DNA of 64,000 nucleotides from Nanobdellati archaeon. Lineage in GTDB: Archaea > EX4484-52 > GLR71. Where the stretch lies: NCBI GenBank assembly GCA_019429125.1, contig JAHYJO010000003.1:208-64207 (forward strand), written 5' to 3'. A model generated the notes under the pieces. It had not been told where the DNA came from. It worked only from the letters and a program-made list of their open reading frames with translations, and searched no databases. The stretch's first letter is position 1. Each line of letters begins with the position of its first letter. Made by a program: the position numbers and the translations under genes. Shown here piece after piece: positions 1 through 7,827 of the stretch.

Positions 1-61
1 AATGAAGGTATTTAATTATAACTACATTTTGTTTGAAATCACTCCAAAAATGAACTGTGCC
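1..61 (+). mobile_element. MITE-A, right end of a copy cut by the window edge
   Basis: Matches the last ~60 nt (...tttgaaatcactccaaaaatgaactgtgcc) of the full copies at 1914, 23596, 54329 and 60455. Confidence 0.8.
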
Positions 62-445
62 AGTAAAAGTAAGATCCCCGATATGACAACATAATTGATT
101 ACCTAAACCACTTTGAAATGATACAAGGTATCGAATCCTTAATCTAATCGTTATTTTTGGTTACAATTCACTTATTCAAATCACGAACCCTAAACTGTGG
201 CAACTTAAATGCTGTCTTATGAAACTCTTTATTTAAAATTTTGTATCAATAAGTAAATCAAGACAATTTAGATCAGTTTCAGGATATGACTTATTAGAAC
301 CTATAATATATGAGAAAATCCCACAAACCACCCAAACCTTTAAAAAGAAATAACATAAAATAAAAGCAGAATACTAGAAAACATGAAGAATTCTTTAATA
401 TTTTAGGACAATCATAATTTCATAGTATTCTGGAGTAGATTGAAA

Positions 446-637
446 ATGGAAGGAACAGTAAAATGGTTTAACGCTGATAAAGGCTTTGGCTTTATCGAAG
501 GCGAAGATGGCGAAGATTACTTCGTACATCACAGTGCATTAAGTGAAGGTACAAACCTTAACGAGAATGATAAAGTAACTTTTGAGCCAGCAGAAACAGA
601 ACGTGGTAAGCAGGCACAAGGCGTAAAATTACTATAA
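446..637 (+). CDS. csp: Cold-shock domain protein (CspA family)
   Basis: MEGTVKWFNADKGFGFI...DYFVHHSAL carries the RNP1/RNP2-like CSD motifs. GGAG lies ~11 nt upstream of the ATG at 446. The track ORF starts at a TTG at 440. Confidence 0.93.
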   Translation: MEGTVKWFNADKGFGFIEGEDGEDYFVHHSALSEGTNLNENDKVTFEPAETERGKQAQGVKLL

Positions 638-677
638 ACACTATAAATAAATGATATTTAAACGTATTCATTTAATC

Positions 678-704
678 TTTTTTTATTTTTATCTTTATTT
701 TCTC
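678..704 (+). terminator. Oligo-T tract downstream of csp
   Basis: tttttttattttt...ctttatttt lies shortly after the stop codon. Archaeal RNA polymerase terminates at oligo-dT. Confidence 0.35.
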
Positions 705-827
705 AACACACATAATCTATTATTTTCATATTTTTTGGCAAAACACTTAAAAAGTATAACTATTAATTTTTAGTATAAATCAATAAAATAATTGATATTT
801 CTTTGATTTAAATTGGATTTGATATAT

Positions 828-1256
828 ATGGCAGTAAAAGATGGCGACAAGATAAAAGTTGAATACACCGGCACTCTTGAAGACGGAACAGTCTTTGACA
901 GTTCAGAAACACATGGTGAACCTTTAGAGTTTGAAGTGGGTAGCGGTCAGATTATCAAGGGATTTGATGATGCAGTAAAGGGCATGGAGATAGATCAAGA
1001 GAAAGATATCAAATTATTGCCTGCAGATGCTTATGGTGATGTTAACGCGCAATTAATACAGAAAGTTCCAAAAGATCAGATGCCAAAAGAGGCAGAGATT
1101 ACAGTCGGTATGACACTTGGTATGAGCTTACCTACTGGTCAGCAGATTCCAGCAATGGTAACTGAAATCACAGACACAGAAGTCACAATCGATATAAACC
1201 ATCCTCTTGCAGGAAAGACTCTTAATTTCAAGATTAAAGTCGTAGGTATCGAATAA
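828..1256 (+). CDS. FKBP-type peptidyl-prolyl cis-trans isomerase (short archaeal/SlyD-like type with IF insert)
   Basis: GDKIKVEYTGTLEDGTVFDSS...FEVGSGQIIKGFDDAV...INHPLAGKTLNFKIKV. The ATG at 828 fits family N-termini better than the track start at 813. Confidence 0.92.
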   Translation: MAVKDGDKIKVEYTGTLEDGTVFDSSETHGEPLEFEVGSGQIIKGFDDAVKGMEIDQEKDIKLLPADAYGDVNAQLIQKVPKDQMPKEAEITVGMTLGMSLPTGQQIPAMVTEITDTEVTIDINHPLAGKTLNFKIKVVGIE

Positions 1257-1270
1257 ATACCTTATAACTA

Positions 1271-1286
1271 TTTTTTTTCTTTTTTT
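1271..1286 (+). terminator. Oligo-T tract downstream of the FKBP gene
   Basis: ttttttttcttttttt begins 15 nt after the stop codon. Confidence 0.35.
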
Positions 1287-1320
1287 ATTAATTTCAAATT
1301 CTAATAATCAGCATACCAAC

Positions 1321-1342
1321 AGTTAAAGGTCTCTCAGGGCTT
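1321..1342 (+). other. tRNA-Thr 3'-end-like fragment (possible att remnant)
   Basis: agttaaaggTCTCTCAGGGCTT versus the tRNA-Thr(TGT) 3' end agttcaaatcTCTCTCAGGGCTT (4328-4350). 13 nt are identical and in the same orientation. Confidence 0.55.
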
Positions 1343-1530
1343 TTAATTTATTCCTTGATGGGTTTAATACTCCGATGCTTTGCATCGATTATTGCCATCA
1401 AGGGAGGTAGGAATTGCCGTCTCGAAAATCCGCGTAATACATAAAAATCTTTGATTTTTAGTACACAAAATCTACGATTTTGAAGTACCCCGGGGATCTG
1501 CCCCGACTAGGATAGCGGATTTTAAGCAAT
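1343..1530. ncRNA. Candidate structured element, GC-rich relative to its surroundings, function unknown
   Basis: Nested hairpins: CCTTGATGG...CCATCAAGG encloses CGATGC-TTT-GCATCG. AAAATCCGC...GCGGATTTT encloses two AAAATC-N3-GATTTT palindromes and CGGGG-ATCTG-CCCCG. Confidence 0.25.
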
Positions 1531-1534
1531 TCTT

Positions 1535-1862
1535 TTATTGCACAACTTCCCAATGCCCACCTTTATCAGAACCTACTCGTTTAATAATTTGTTTATCTTT
1601 TAAATGAGTCCTGTGCTTTTGTATCGCAGACTGATTAATTCCTATCTCTTTACTTAGCTGAACACGGCTTATTCTTGGATTTTCAATAATCAAATTTAAT
1701 AATTGTTGTTATCTTTCAGAAAGTTCTGACCACTTTTCAGACCACCTTTCTGACCACTCCAAACGTTTTACAGGGACATTTACAGGGACATTTACAGGGA
1801 CATTTACAGGGACATTTTTACTAAACCCACCCCTCTTGCAATCGACGATAAAAGATAACTGT
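1535..1862 (-). pseudogene. C-terminal remnant of an AlbA_2/Schlafen-type ATPase-wHTH gene
   Basis: The minus strand reads WFTVIFYRRLQEG, then a frameshift, (NVPV)4, (WSE[RK])3, a stop, then ...ISRVQLSKEIGINQSAIQKHRTHLKDKQIIKRVGSDKGGHWEVVQ*. This parallels the C-terminus of the 2120..3451 product. Confidence 0.7.
1726..1818. repeat. Two adjacent 12-bp tandem arrays (3x ctgaccactttt-like, 4x cagggacattta)
   Basis: Read directly: 1726-1761 and 1771-1818. They lie in the linker of the decayed wHTH gene. Confidence 0.9.
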
Positions 1863-1913
1863 AAACCAAACTATCTAACTAGAGGGTGTTACCTAAATAC
1901 TTATTCATATTAA

Positions 1914-2082
1914 GGCACTGTTCAAAAAGTGAGTGATTTTGAATATTTTTTAAATATTGTTTGTTTATAAACTCCTGCAGAGAACTATTTAATATACACA
2001 TTTCACGTCGAATTACAAAATAAATGAAGATATTTAATTAACTACATTTTGTTTGAAATCACTCAAAAAATGGACAGTGTCC
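1914..2082 (+). mobile_element. MITE-A copy
   Basis: Imperfect TIRs ggcactgttcaaaaagtgagtgattt / aaatcactcaaaaaatggacagtgtcc. The flanking duplication is (c)atattaa. Confidence 0.85.
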
Positions 2083-2119
2083 ATATTAAGTTTTATTTTT
2101 ACGATTTAAAAACCATTAT

Positions 2120-3451
2120 TCACTTTAATATCTCCCAAAATCCTTTTTTGGTTGAACCAACATGTTTAATAATACTTTTTTTACGCAATTGTGTTAAATG
2201 ATATTTCACTCCTTCCTCACTTAGATTAATATTTTGAGCTAATTCTTTTCTTGTAATTGTTGGTTTTGCTCTTATTAATGACAATATTTCTTGGGTAGTT
2301 TCTTGGGTAGTTTTACTAAACCCTCCCTCTTGCAACCGACGATAAAAGACAACTGTAAACCAATCAGAACTGATATCGAAATCAACAGGTAATTTTAATT
2401 TATCACATAAATCTTTAATCTTGTTAATACCCGAACCTAATTTTTCAACAAGATTTAATCTGAAAGCCATATCAACAAGCAAGTGATTTCTAGCTAAACT
2501 CCTTAAACCCAATTCATTTTTGTCAAATAGCAATCCACCAGGGTTTGAAATCTCAACCCTGTCTAAATAGATATCAATCTGTATTCTACCTTTTGAAAAA
2601 TAATCTCTATGAATCATTGCATTTAAGATTGCTTCCCGCAATGCATCCTCTGGCAACTCTAAAATATCATCACGACCCATAGGTTTTGGAATGATGTATG
2701 TGTTTAACTTAGAAACAAGATACTTAAATGAATTTTCGTAATTGGCCACAAAATCAGCATTAAATTCTTGACTGTCAATAATATCTACTCTGTTTTTTCC
2801 TTTCCATAAAACACAGACTATATCTGCGCGACTTAAAAAATGACTTATACATTTACAAAAAAATAAGACACCTGCATTTGTAATTTTTCCATGTTTCAAT
2901 AATCCTAAATTTTTAAGAAGATGTTGTCTATAAATACCTATTGGTATGTTTGTGCGTTTTAGAAAGGTATCAAATATCTCATCATTAAAGTCAGTTGTCA
3001 GATCAAATTCAATATTTACTTTATCATCAAAACTAAGTTTATTTTTTAGTTCAAACAGGCTCCTTATCTCATCAGGTGATATTAATTTTTGTGTAATGTT
3101 TCCTTCTCTTATGAAAAACATACCATTGATATTATGGAGCTCATCACTTTTGAACACTTCAATTATAATGACATCAAGGTCATCACAGAAACTGACATGT
3201 ATATTCAGATTAGGATTTATCTCACGAGCAAAATGTTGAACTTGAGCCAATATAGAATTATCACACTTTACACCTACAACTTTACCTGTATCAGTAACAC
3301 CAATAAGTATTTTTCCACCTAAAGTATTAACAAATGCGCAAATGGAATGTTTAATCTCTTTTCTAAGCTCTTTGCTTAAACTTTCCTTAAATTCCAGATT
3401 CAAGCTTTCTCCAAAAGATATCAGTTCAAGTAAAGCATTTTGGCAGTACAC
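2120..3451 (-). CDS. AlbA_2 (Schlafen-like) domain / ATPase-like domain protein with C-terminal winged HTH
   Basis: N-terminus ESLNLEFKES...ICAFVNTLGGKILIGV (AlbA_2-type). Middle region REAILNAMIHRDY...GRIQIDIYLDRVEISNPGG (HATPase_c_4-like). C-terminus ...KHVGSTKKGFWEILK (wHTH). GTG start. Confidence 0.8.
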   Translation of the reverse strand: MYCQNALLELISFGESLNLEFKESLSKELRKEIKHSICAFVNTLGGKILIGVTDTGKVVGVKCDNSILAQVQHFAREINPNLNIHVSFCDDLDVIIIEVFKSDELHNINGMFFIREGNITQKLISPDEIRSLFELKNKLSFDDKVNIEFDLTTDFNDEIFDTFLKRTNIPIGIYRQHLLKNLGLLKHGKITNAGVLFFCKCISHFLSRADIVCVLWKGKNRVDIIDSQEFNADFVANYENSFKYLVSKLNTYIIPKPMGRDDILELPEDALREAILNAMIHRDYFSKGRIQIDIYLDRVEISNPGGLLFDKNELGLRSLARNHLLVDMAFRLNLVEKLGSGINKIKDLCDKLKLPVDFDISSDWFTVVFYRRLQEGGFSKTTQETTQEILSLIRAKPTITRKELAQNINLSEEGVKYHLTQLRKKSIIKHVGSTKKGFWEILK

Positions 3452-3456
3452 AAAGT

Positions 3457-3507
3457 AGTATTGACTTTACTAAGTACATAATAATTGGTCACCACTTAAG
3501 GTGGTAA
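3457..3507 (-). promoter_or_regulatory. Family-specific promoter block with ACCAC-N5-GTGGT inverted repeat
   Basis: About 50 nt immediately upstream of the 2120..3451 start are ~85% identical by eye to 9124..9177, which lies upstream of 8820..9107. The block contains a TATA-like aattattatg on the minus strand. Confidence 0.45.
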
Positions 3508-3536
3508 TTTTTTAAGATTAAAGAATTCAACTTTAT

Positions 3537-3823
3537 TCACTTTACAACTTCCCAATGCCCGCTACTTACAGAACCAACTCGTTTAATAAAACCTTTGTTC
3601 TTTAATGCATTTATATTTTTTTCAATAGCCGTGGTACTAATTTTTATTTTATTCGCAAGAGTTATGATAGATATATTTTTATCAAAAACTATCAAAAACA
3701 ATATTTTCAATTGAGTGTCACCCAACCCATCACCCAACTGTTGTGACCAATCAGAAGTTGGTATAAATTTAACATTATCTTTTTCACATAACGCTTTAAT
3801 TTTTGCAATTCCAGAACCTATCT
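3537..3823 (-). pseudogene. 3' fragment of a second AlbA_2/ATPase-wHTH family gene
   Basis: The open frame reads GSGIAKIKALCEKDNVKFIPTSDW...LGDGLGD...KNKGFIKRVGSVSSGHWEVVK*. It aligns to the last ~95 aa of the intact paralog. There is no N-terminal domain and no ATG. Confidence 0.65.
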
Positions 3824-3929
3824 ATCTTGTAGTATTATCATCACTAATTAATTAAAAATCTTAATTTTTGGTTAACTTATGCCTCCAACAATCAAAAACA
3901 ATATAAACCTTTTATGTACATATTCATAT

Positions 3930-4184
3930 ATGGTAATAAAATATCCAGACATTGATAATACTAACTACTTCACAAACCGTGCTTTATGCAACAAAGAAGG
4001 CGAAAAGACAGGCAAGATTCTCATGTTTCGTGAGAAAGGCAAAGAAGAATTCTATCTTAGGATGAAATGCCCTTATTGTGGACACATGCAAGAGCGCGAA
4101 GAAAAGTTTGAAAAGAAGCCTTATCGACCTGCATGCGAAGAATGTGGCAAGAAAATAGCGATTGTGAAACTCAAAAAGCAGTAA
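3930..4184 (+). CDS. Small zinc-ribbon protein, function unknown
   Basis: CPYCGH...CEECGK pair. The ATG at 3930 is the likelier start within the 3879 track ORF. Confidence 0.5.
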   Translation: MVIKYPDIDNTNYFTNRALCNKEGEKTGKILMFREKGKEEFYLRMKCPYCGHMQEREEKFEKKPYRPACEECGKKIAIVKLKKQ

Positions 4185-4275
4185 AAATAGTTAACAATCA
4201 AAAAGCTTTAAAAAACTTTATGTCACAAATAAAGTTAGCGCTTTTAATTAAGTCTATTTTATAACTTTTTAATTT

Positions 4276-4349
4276 GCTCTGATAGCTCAGCCTGGTTGAG
4301 CGGCTGACTTGTAATCAGCAGGCCGGGAGTTCAAATCTCTCTCAGGGCT
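4276..4349 (+). tRNA. tRNA-Thr (anticodon TGT)
   Basis: Manual cloverleaf: acceptor GCTCTGA/TCAGGGC, D stem GCTC/GAGC, anticodon stem GCTGA/TCAGC, loop CTTGTAA, T arm GGGAG-TTCAAAT-CTCTC, discriminator T. CCA is not encoded. Confidence 0.9.
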
Positions 4350-4384
4350 TATATAAATATATCAAGACCCCTATAACAGGGCTT

Positions 4385-4400
4385 CTTTTTTTCTATTTTT
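4385..4400. terminator. Oligo-T/A tract between the convergent tRNA-Thr and helicase genes
   Basis: A small hairpin CCCT-ATAAC-AGGG is followed by cttctttttttctattttt. Confidence 0.35.
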
Positions 4401-4410
4401 CAATAAAATC

Positions 4411-6552
4411 TCATCCCGCAACAATCTGCAGAATATCGTCACCATACTTTACAATCTTCGCAGGTCCAAGACCATGTATCTTTTCAAGTTCAAAAGTAGT
4501 CTTAGGCAAACTTTGCGCAATCTCAAGCAATGTCCTGTCATGCATTACACAGTATGTTGGAATCTCCATCTCGCCGGCAATAGAACTCCTCCAGCTCTTA
4601 AGCCTCATAATTAGGTTTCCTGATAATTTAGAAATATCAACATTGATACCTTTCACAGCTTTAGGCTTCTGAAGTCCACCATCCTCTATCAACTCACGCA
4701 TACTCTTTGTTATAAAATAAGTCGGGTTTTTACCAGTGTATGTCATATATAGGCTCTCCTTTGCCCTGCTCATTGCAACATAAAACAATCTTCTTTCCTC
4801 TTCTTCCTTGTCATATTCCTCAACTTTAACCATATCAACTACAGGATGTTCACTGCCCTTGCACGGAAAATAAGAAGCGTTGCACCCTATGATAAAAACC
4901 ACCTTTGCCTCCATGCCCTTGATTGCATGAACAGTTGCAAGCGTCACATCATCCTTACTGGCTTTACCACTCTTTTTCATTTCATTGCTTCTCACAATAT
5001 GTTTTATCCCTGCAAGCTTCATTCTAGCAGACATCTCATTCAACTGCCTGTTAACTCTTGCAAGCACAAATATTTCATTTCCTGGAAGATCTGAAGCGAT
5101 TATCTTTGCAAGCACAAATGCAAGCTCTGCATCTTCTGAACTAAATTTAACAAGATTGATATCTTTTTCGCCTTCAAGGACAGATTCTAACTCAGCAAGA
5201 CCCATACCCTTAATTGAATTGTTTATCAGCTCAACCAAATACTTTGTTGACCTGTAATTCTTTGACATCGTAATTATATCGCAATCAGGATATTTATCCT
5301 CAAAATTAAGTATATATCTTATATCAGAACCTCTCCAGCCATATATAGACTGCCTCGGGTCACCCACACAAAATAAATTAGGAGAATCTAAAATATCAAT
5401 AAGTTTTATCTGTGTTGAATTGACATCCTGATACTCATCCACAAGTATATGCTCAAATTCAGGTATCAATTCTGTGTGCTTTTCAAACAGAGTTATCGCG
5501 TCAACCAGTTGGTCTGCAAAATCACGCAATCCATATTTTCTCATATATGCCTCAATATAATTACAGACACCAAATACCAGGTCTGCACTTTTTTTATGGC
5601 TATTGTCAACTGTCTCAAAAGACAAGTCCCTAACCAACCTGTTCTTAAACTTATAATAATCCCTGATAAAAAAGCAATCAGTCATAAATATGTTCTGAAG
5701 TTGCTCTGTCGTTTTTCCTTGTTTCTGAGTATGGCTAAAATATATGTTTGTTACCGAACCAGGTGCTATATTCAGACTCAAAAGCGCCTTGTTGACCATC
5801 ACAATCTTATCCCCATAATTAATGACCCTGAAAGATTTATCATAGATCAGGTGATTATGGCGCCTTAAGTTCTTCTCGCAAAATGAATTAAAGGTTTCAA
5901 TATGCAAGTCATCCATATGTTCAAGCCGTCTCATCATTTCAGTTCTTGCTTTTCTAGTAAATGTTATTGCCAGTATTTTTTTAGGATCAACAGCGCAATG
6001 CTTTACTAAAAATTCTATTCTTTTTGTCAGCACTGTAGTTTTTCCTGAACCCGCCCCAGCAAGGCATAATATATGCTTATTATCACTTATGATTGCTTTT
6101 TTCTGTTCATCATTGAAAGGACCAAGAAACTCAGAATATTTGTCAAACAAGACCCTATCATCTTTTGTTATTTGCGTCTGTGTTTCCTTAAAGTTAAAGG
6201 ACAGCTTTTTTTTATACAAGACTGGATTGATTATTTCAGTTTTCCCTTTCTCACTCAATTTCAGCACTTTCCAGAACTTCTTATCCCCGATAAAATCTAT
6301 GCGAATCATATCATTTAGGACAAGATTATCTATCAGCGCATTCAGTTCTTCCTTATCATAAGCAAGCGCACCAAAATTATTTTTTGAATCCAAAGAGTTC
6401 CGTACTATGGATTTATTGGTTTCATCTCCACGAAGAAAATCCACCAATAATTTTTTCCCGACATCAAAAGAGATCTCATCTAGAGCTTTTAACACAAACA
6501 GATAATCCAATTCTTTTCCTATGTTGGCCATAGACAATAAATGAGTTTGCAT
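4411..6552 (-). CDS. UvrD/PcrA-family SF1 helicase with N-terminal RQC-like winged helix and C-terminal HRDC-like domain
   Basis: AGAGSGKTT (Walker A), VDEYQDVN, GDPRQSIYGWRG, VHAIKGMEAKVVF. N-terminus FLRGDETNKS...NFGALAYDKEELNALIDNLV...LKLSEKG resembles RecQ RQC. C-terminus YCVMHDRTLLEIAQSLPKT..ELEKIHGLGPAKIVKYG resembles HRDC. Confidence 0.85.
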   Translation of the reverse strand: MQTHLLSMANIGKELDYLFVLKALDEISFDVGKKLLVDFLRGDETNKSIVRNSLDSKNNFGALAYDKEELNALIDNLVLNDMIRIDFIGDKKFWKVLKLSEKGKTEIINPVLYKKKLSFNFKETQTQITKDDRVLFDKYSEFLGPFNDEQKKAIISDNKHILCLAGAGSGKTTVLTKRIEFLVKHCAVDPKKILAITFTRKARTEMMRRLEHMDDLHIETFNSFCEKNLRRHNHLIYDKSFRVINYGDKIVMVNKALLSLNIAPGSVTNIYFSHTQKQGKTTEQLQNIFMTDCFFIRDYYKFKNRLVRDLSFETVDNSHKKSADLVFGVCNYIEAYMRKYGLRDFADQLVDAITLFEKHTELIPEFEHILVDEYQDVNSTQIKLIDILDSPNLFCVGDPRQSIYGWRGSDIRYILNFEDKYPDCDIITMSKNYRSTKYLVELINNSIKGMGLAELESVLEGEKDINLVKFSSEDAELAFVLAKIIASDLPGNEIFVLARVNRQLNEMSARMKLAGIKHIVRSNEMKKSGKASKDDVTLATVHAIKGMEAKVVFIIGCNASYFPCKGSEHPVVDMVKVEEYDKEEEERRLFYVAMSRAKESLYMTYTGKNPTYFITKSMRELIEDGGLQKPKAVKGINVDISKLSGNLIMRLKSWRSSIAGEMEIPTYCVMHDRTLLEIAQSLPKTTFELEKIHGLGPAKIVKYGDDILQIVAG

Positions 6553-6607
6553 ATTTAAAAATTGAGGACTAGGAATAACCTTTATTTTATATATATTAAA
6601 TCACTAA

Positions 6608-7765
6608 AGTAATAATATAGTCTGTAACTATTGCAATAAAAAATGTGGTTCATATCATCTATGTAAAAAATGTGACAAATTAAAAAAAGCGGATAAATTA
6701 ACAAAATGCGAAGATTGTGGTAAGTGGAAAAAAAGTAATAAACCTTTATGTCATGTTTGTTGGAATAAAAATAAACATAAAGAAAATAACATTAAATTCG
6801 AAAATAATATTATTGAAGGAAAAAAAATTGATCAAAATGGATATGAAAGAGGCAAGTGGGAACATAGTACTTTAATTCACAGACAAGTAGCGTATCACGA
6901 CATTTATCTTCTAAATAGAGACGATTATCCTTTAAAGTTTGCACAATATGTAATACATCATATTGATGGAAATAAACGAAATAACCATCGTTCAAATCTT
7001 ATGATACTTACACCAGAACAACATTCAATAATCCATAATATTATTGTGACACCCAAAATAAATAATAAAATAAAACAAAATCCTATAGATAAAGAAAAAG
7101 CCAGTTTATCTCAAAACATAATAGATTTTGAACTTAAACAGCAAGAAGAACATATAAATGAAAAAGAACCCATTTTCTCTCAATATATATCAGAACTTGA
7201 ACTTAAGAATAAACAAGAACCGATAGGTCAAGAACATAATAGACCCAAATCTATAAACAAACAAAACCCTTCTAAGAGTTTTTGGAAACAATATGGGATA
7301 GTCATCATTGCATCTTTGTTATATTCATTATTTAGTTTTAGTAAAAATATTTTGGAAAATGGTGGTATTTTTATTTTATTGAGTTACTTATTTATTTCAG
7401 TTAGTGTATTTTCAGTATTATTTTTCGTTAAATTTAAAATATTTTCAAATAAAAAATCAAATATTAGTAATGGTTTTGTAACGATAGTTATTATTTTTTT
7501 ATTTTTTATTTTAGTGAGTATTGTTTCATCCTTTTACGAGGGTGATAATTGTATATATGTGGTTCCAATGATAAATTCAGAGGATGGAATAGCTACTATT
7601 TCTGAACAATTTAATGAAAATCTTGCAATTGCTTACTGTGGTGATGAAGCAGAAAAAAAGTGGAGAGAATTAGGGGTTATTGATGATAAGTATATATTTA
7701 AAAAAGGGAGATTTGCGAGTATTAAAGAATTGTGGTCTATTTTAGTTTTAAAATTAGAATATTAA
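6608..7765 (+). CDS. Zn-ribbon + HNH endonuclease domain fused to a multi-TM C-terminal region; no canonical start upstream of the HNH motif
   Basis: The frame is open from 6608: CNYCNKKC..CKKC, CEDCGK..CHVC, then YVIHHIDGNKRNNHRSNLMILTPEQHSIIH. The track ORF starts at 7001, inside the HNH motif. About three hydrophobic helices lie near 7300-7540. Confidence 0.5.
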   Translation, partial: SNNIVCNYCNKKCGSYHLCKKCDKLKKADKLTKCEDCGKWKKSNKPLCHVCWNKNKHKENNIKFENNIIEGKKIDQNGYERGKWEHSTLIHRQVAYHDIYLLNRDDYPLKFAQYVIHHIDGNKRNNHRSNLMILTPEQHSIIHNIIVTPKINNKIKQNPIDKEKASLSQNIIDFELKQQEEHINEKEPIFSQYISELELKNKQEPIGQEHNRPKSINKQNPSKSFWKQYGIVIIASLLYSLFSFSKNILENGGIFILLSYLFISVSVFSVLFFVKFKIFSNKKSNISNGFVTIVIIFLFFILVSIVSSFYEGDNCIYVVPMINSEDGIATISEQFNENLAIAYCGDEAEKKWRELGVIDDKYIFKKGRFASIKELWSILVLKLEY

Positions 7766-7827
7766 ACAATCCCCAACCCCCCCAAACAACATAAAACAAT
7801 TTATAGATATCAGTTACATATATCTTT

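Noticed and set aside
1321-1342. A functional split or half tRNA gene.
   Set aside because: Only ~22 nt resemble the tRNA-Thr 3' end. The putative T arm cannot pair, and no complementary leader or partner half is evident.
1726-1818. Possible CRISPR array or other spacer-repeat structure among the short tandem repeats.
   Set aside because: The units are 12 bp, contiguous, without spacers, and lie in a coding linker. No cas genes are present apart from the stand-alone Cas4-like nuclease. No repeat-spacer array occurs anywhere in the window.
6810-6995. 61-aa minus-strand ORF.
   Set aside because: It is antisense to the Zn-ribbon/HNH-encoding frame, which carries a textbook HNH motif.
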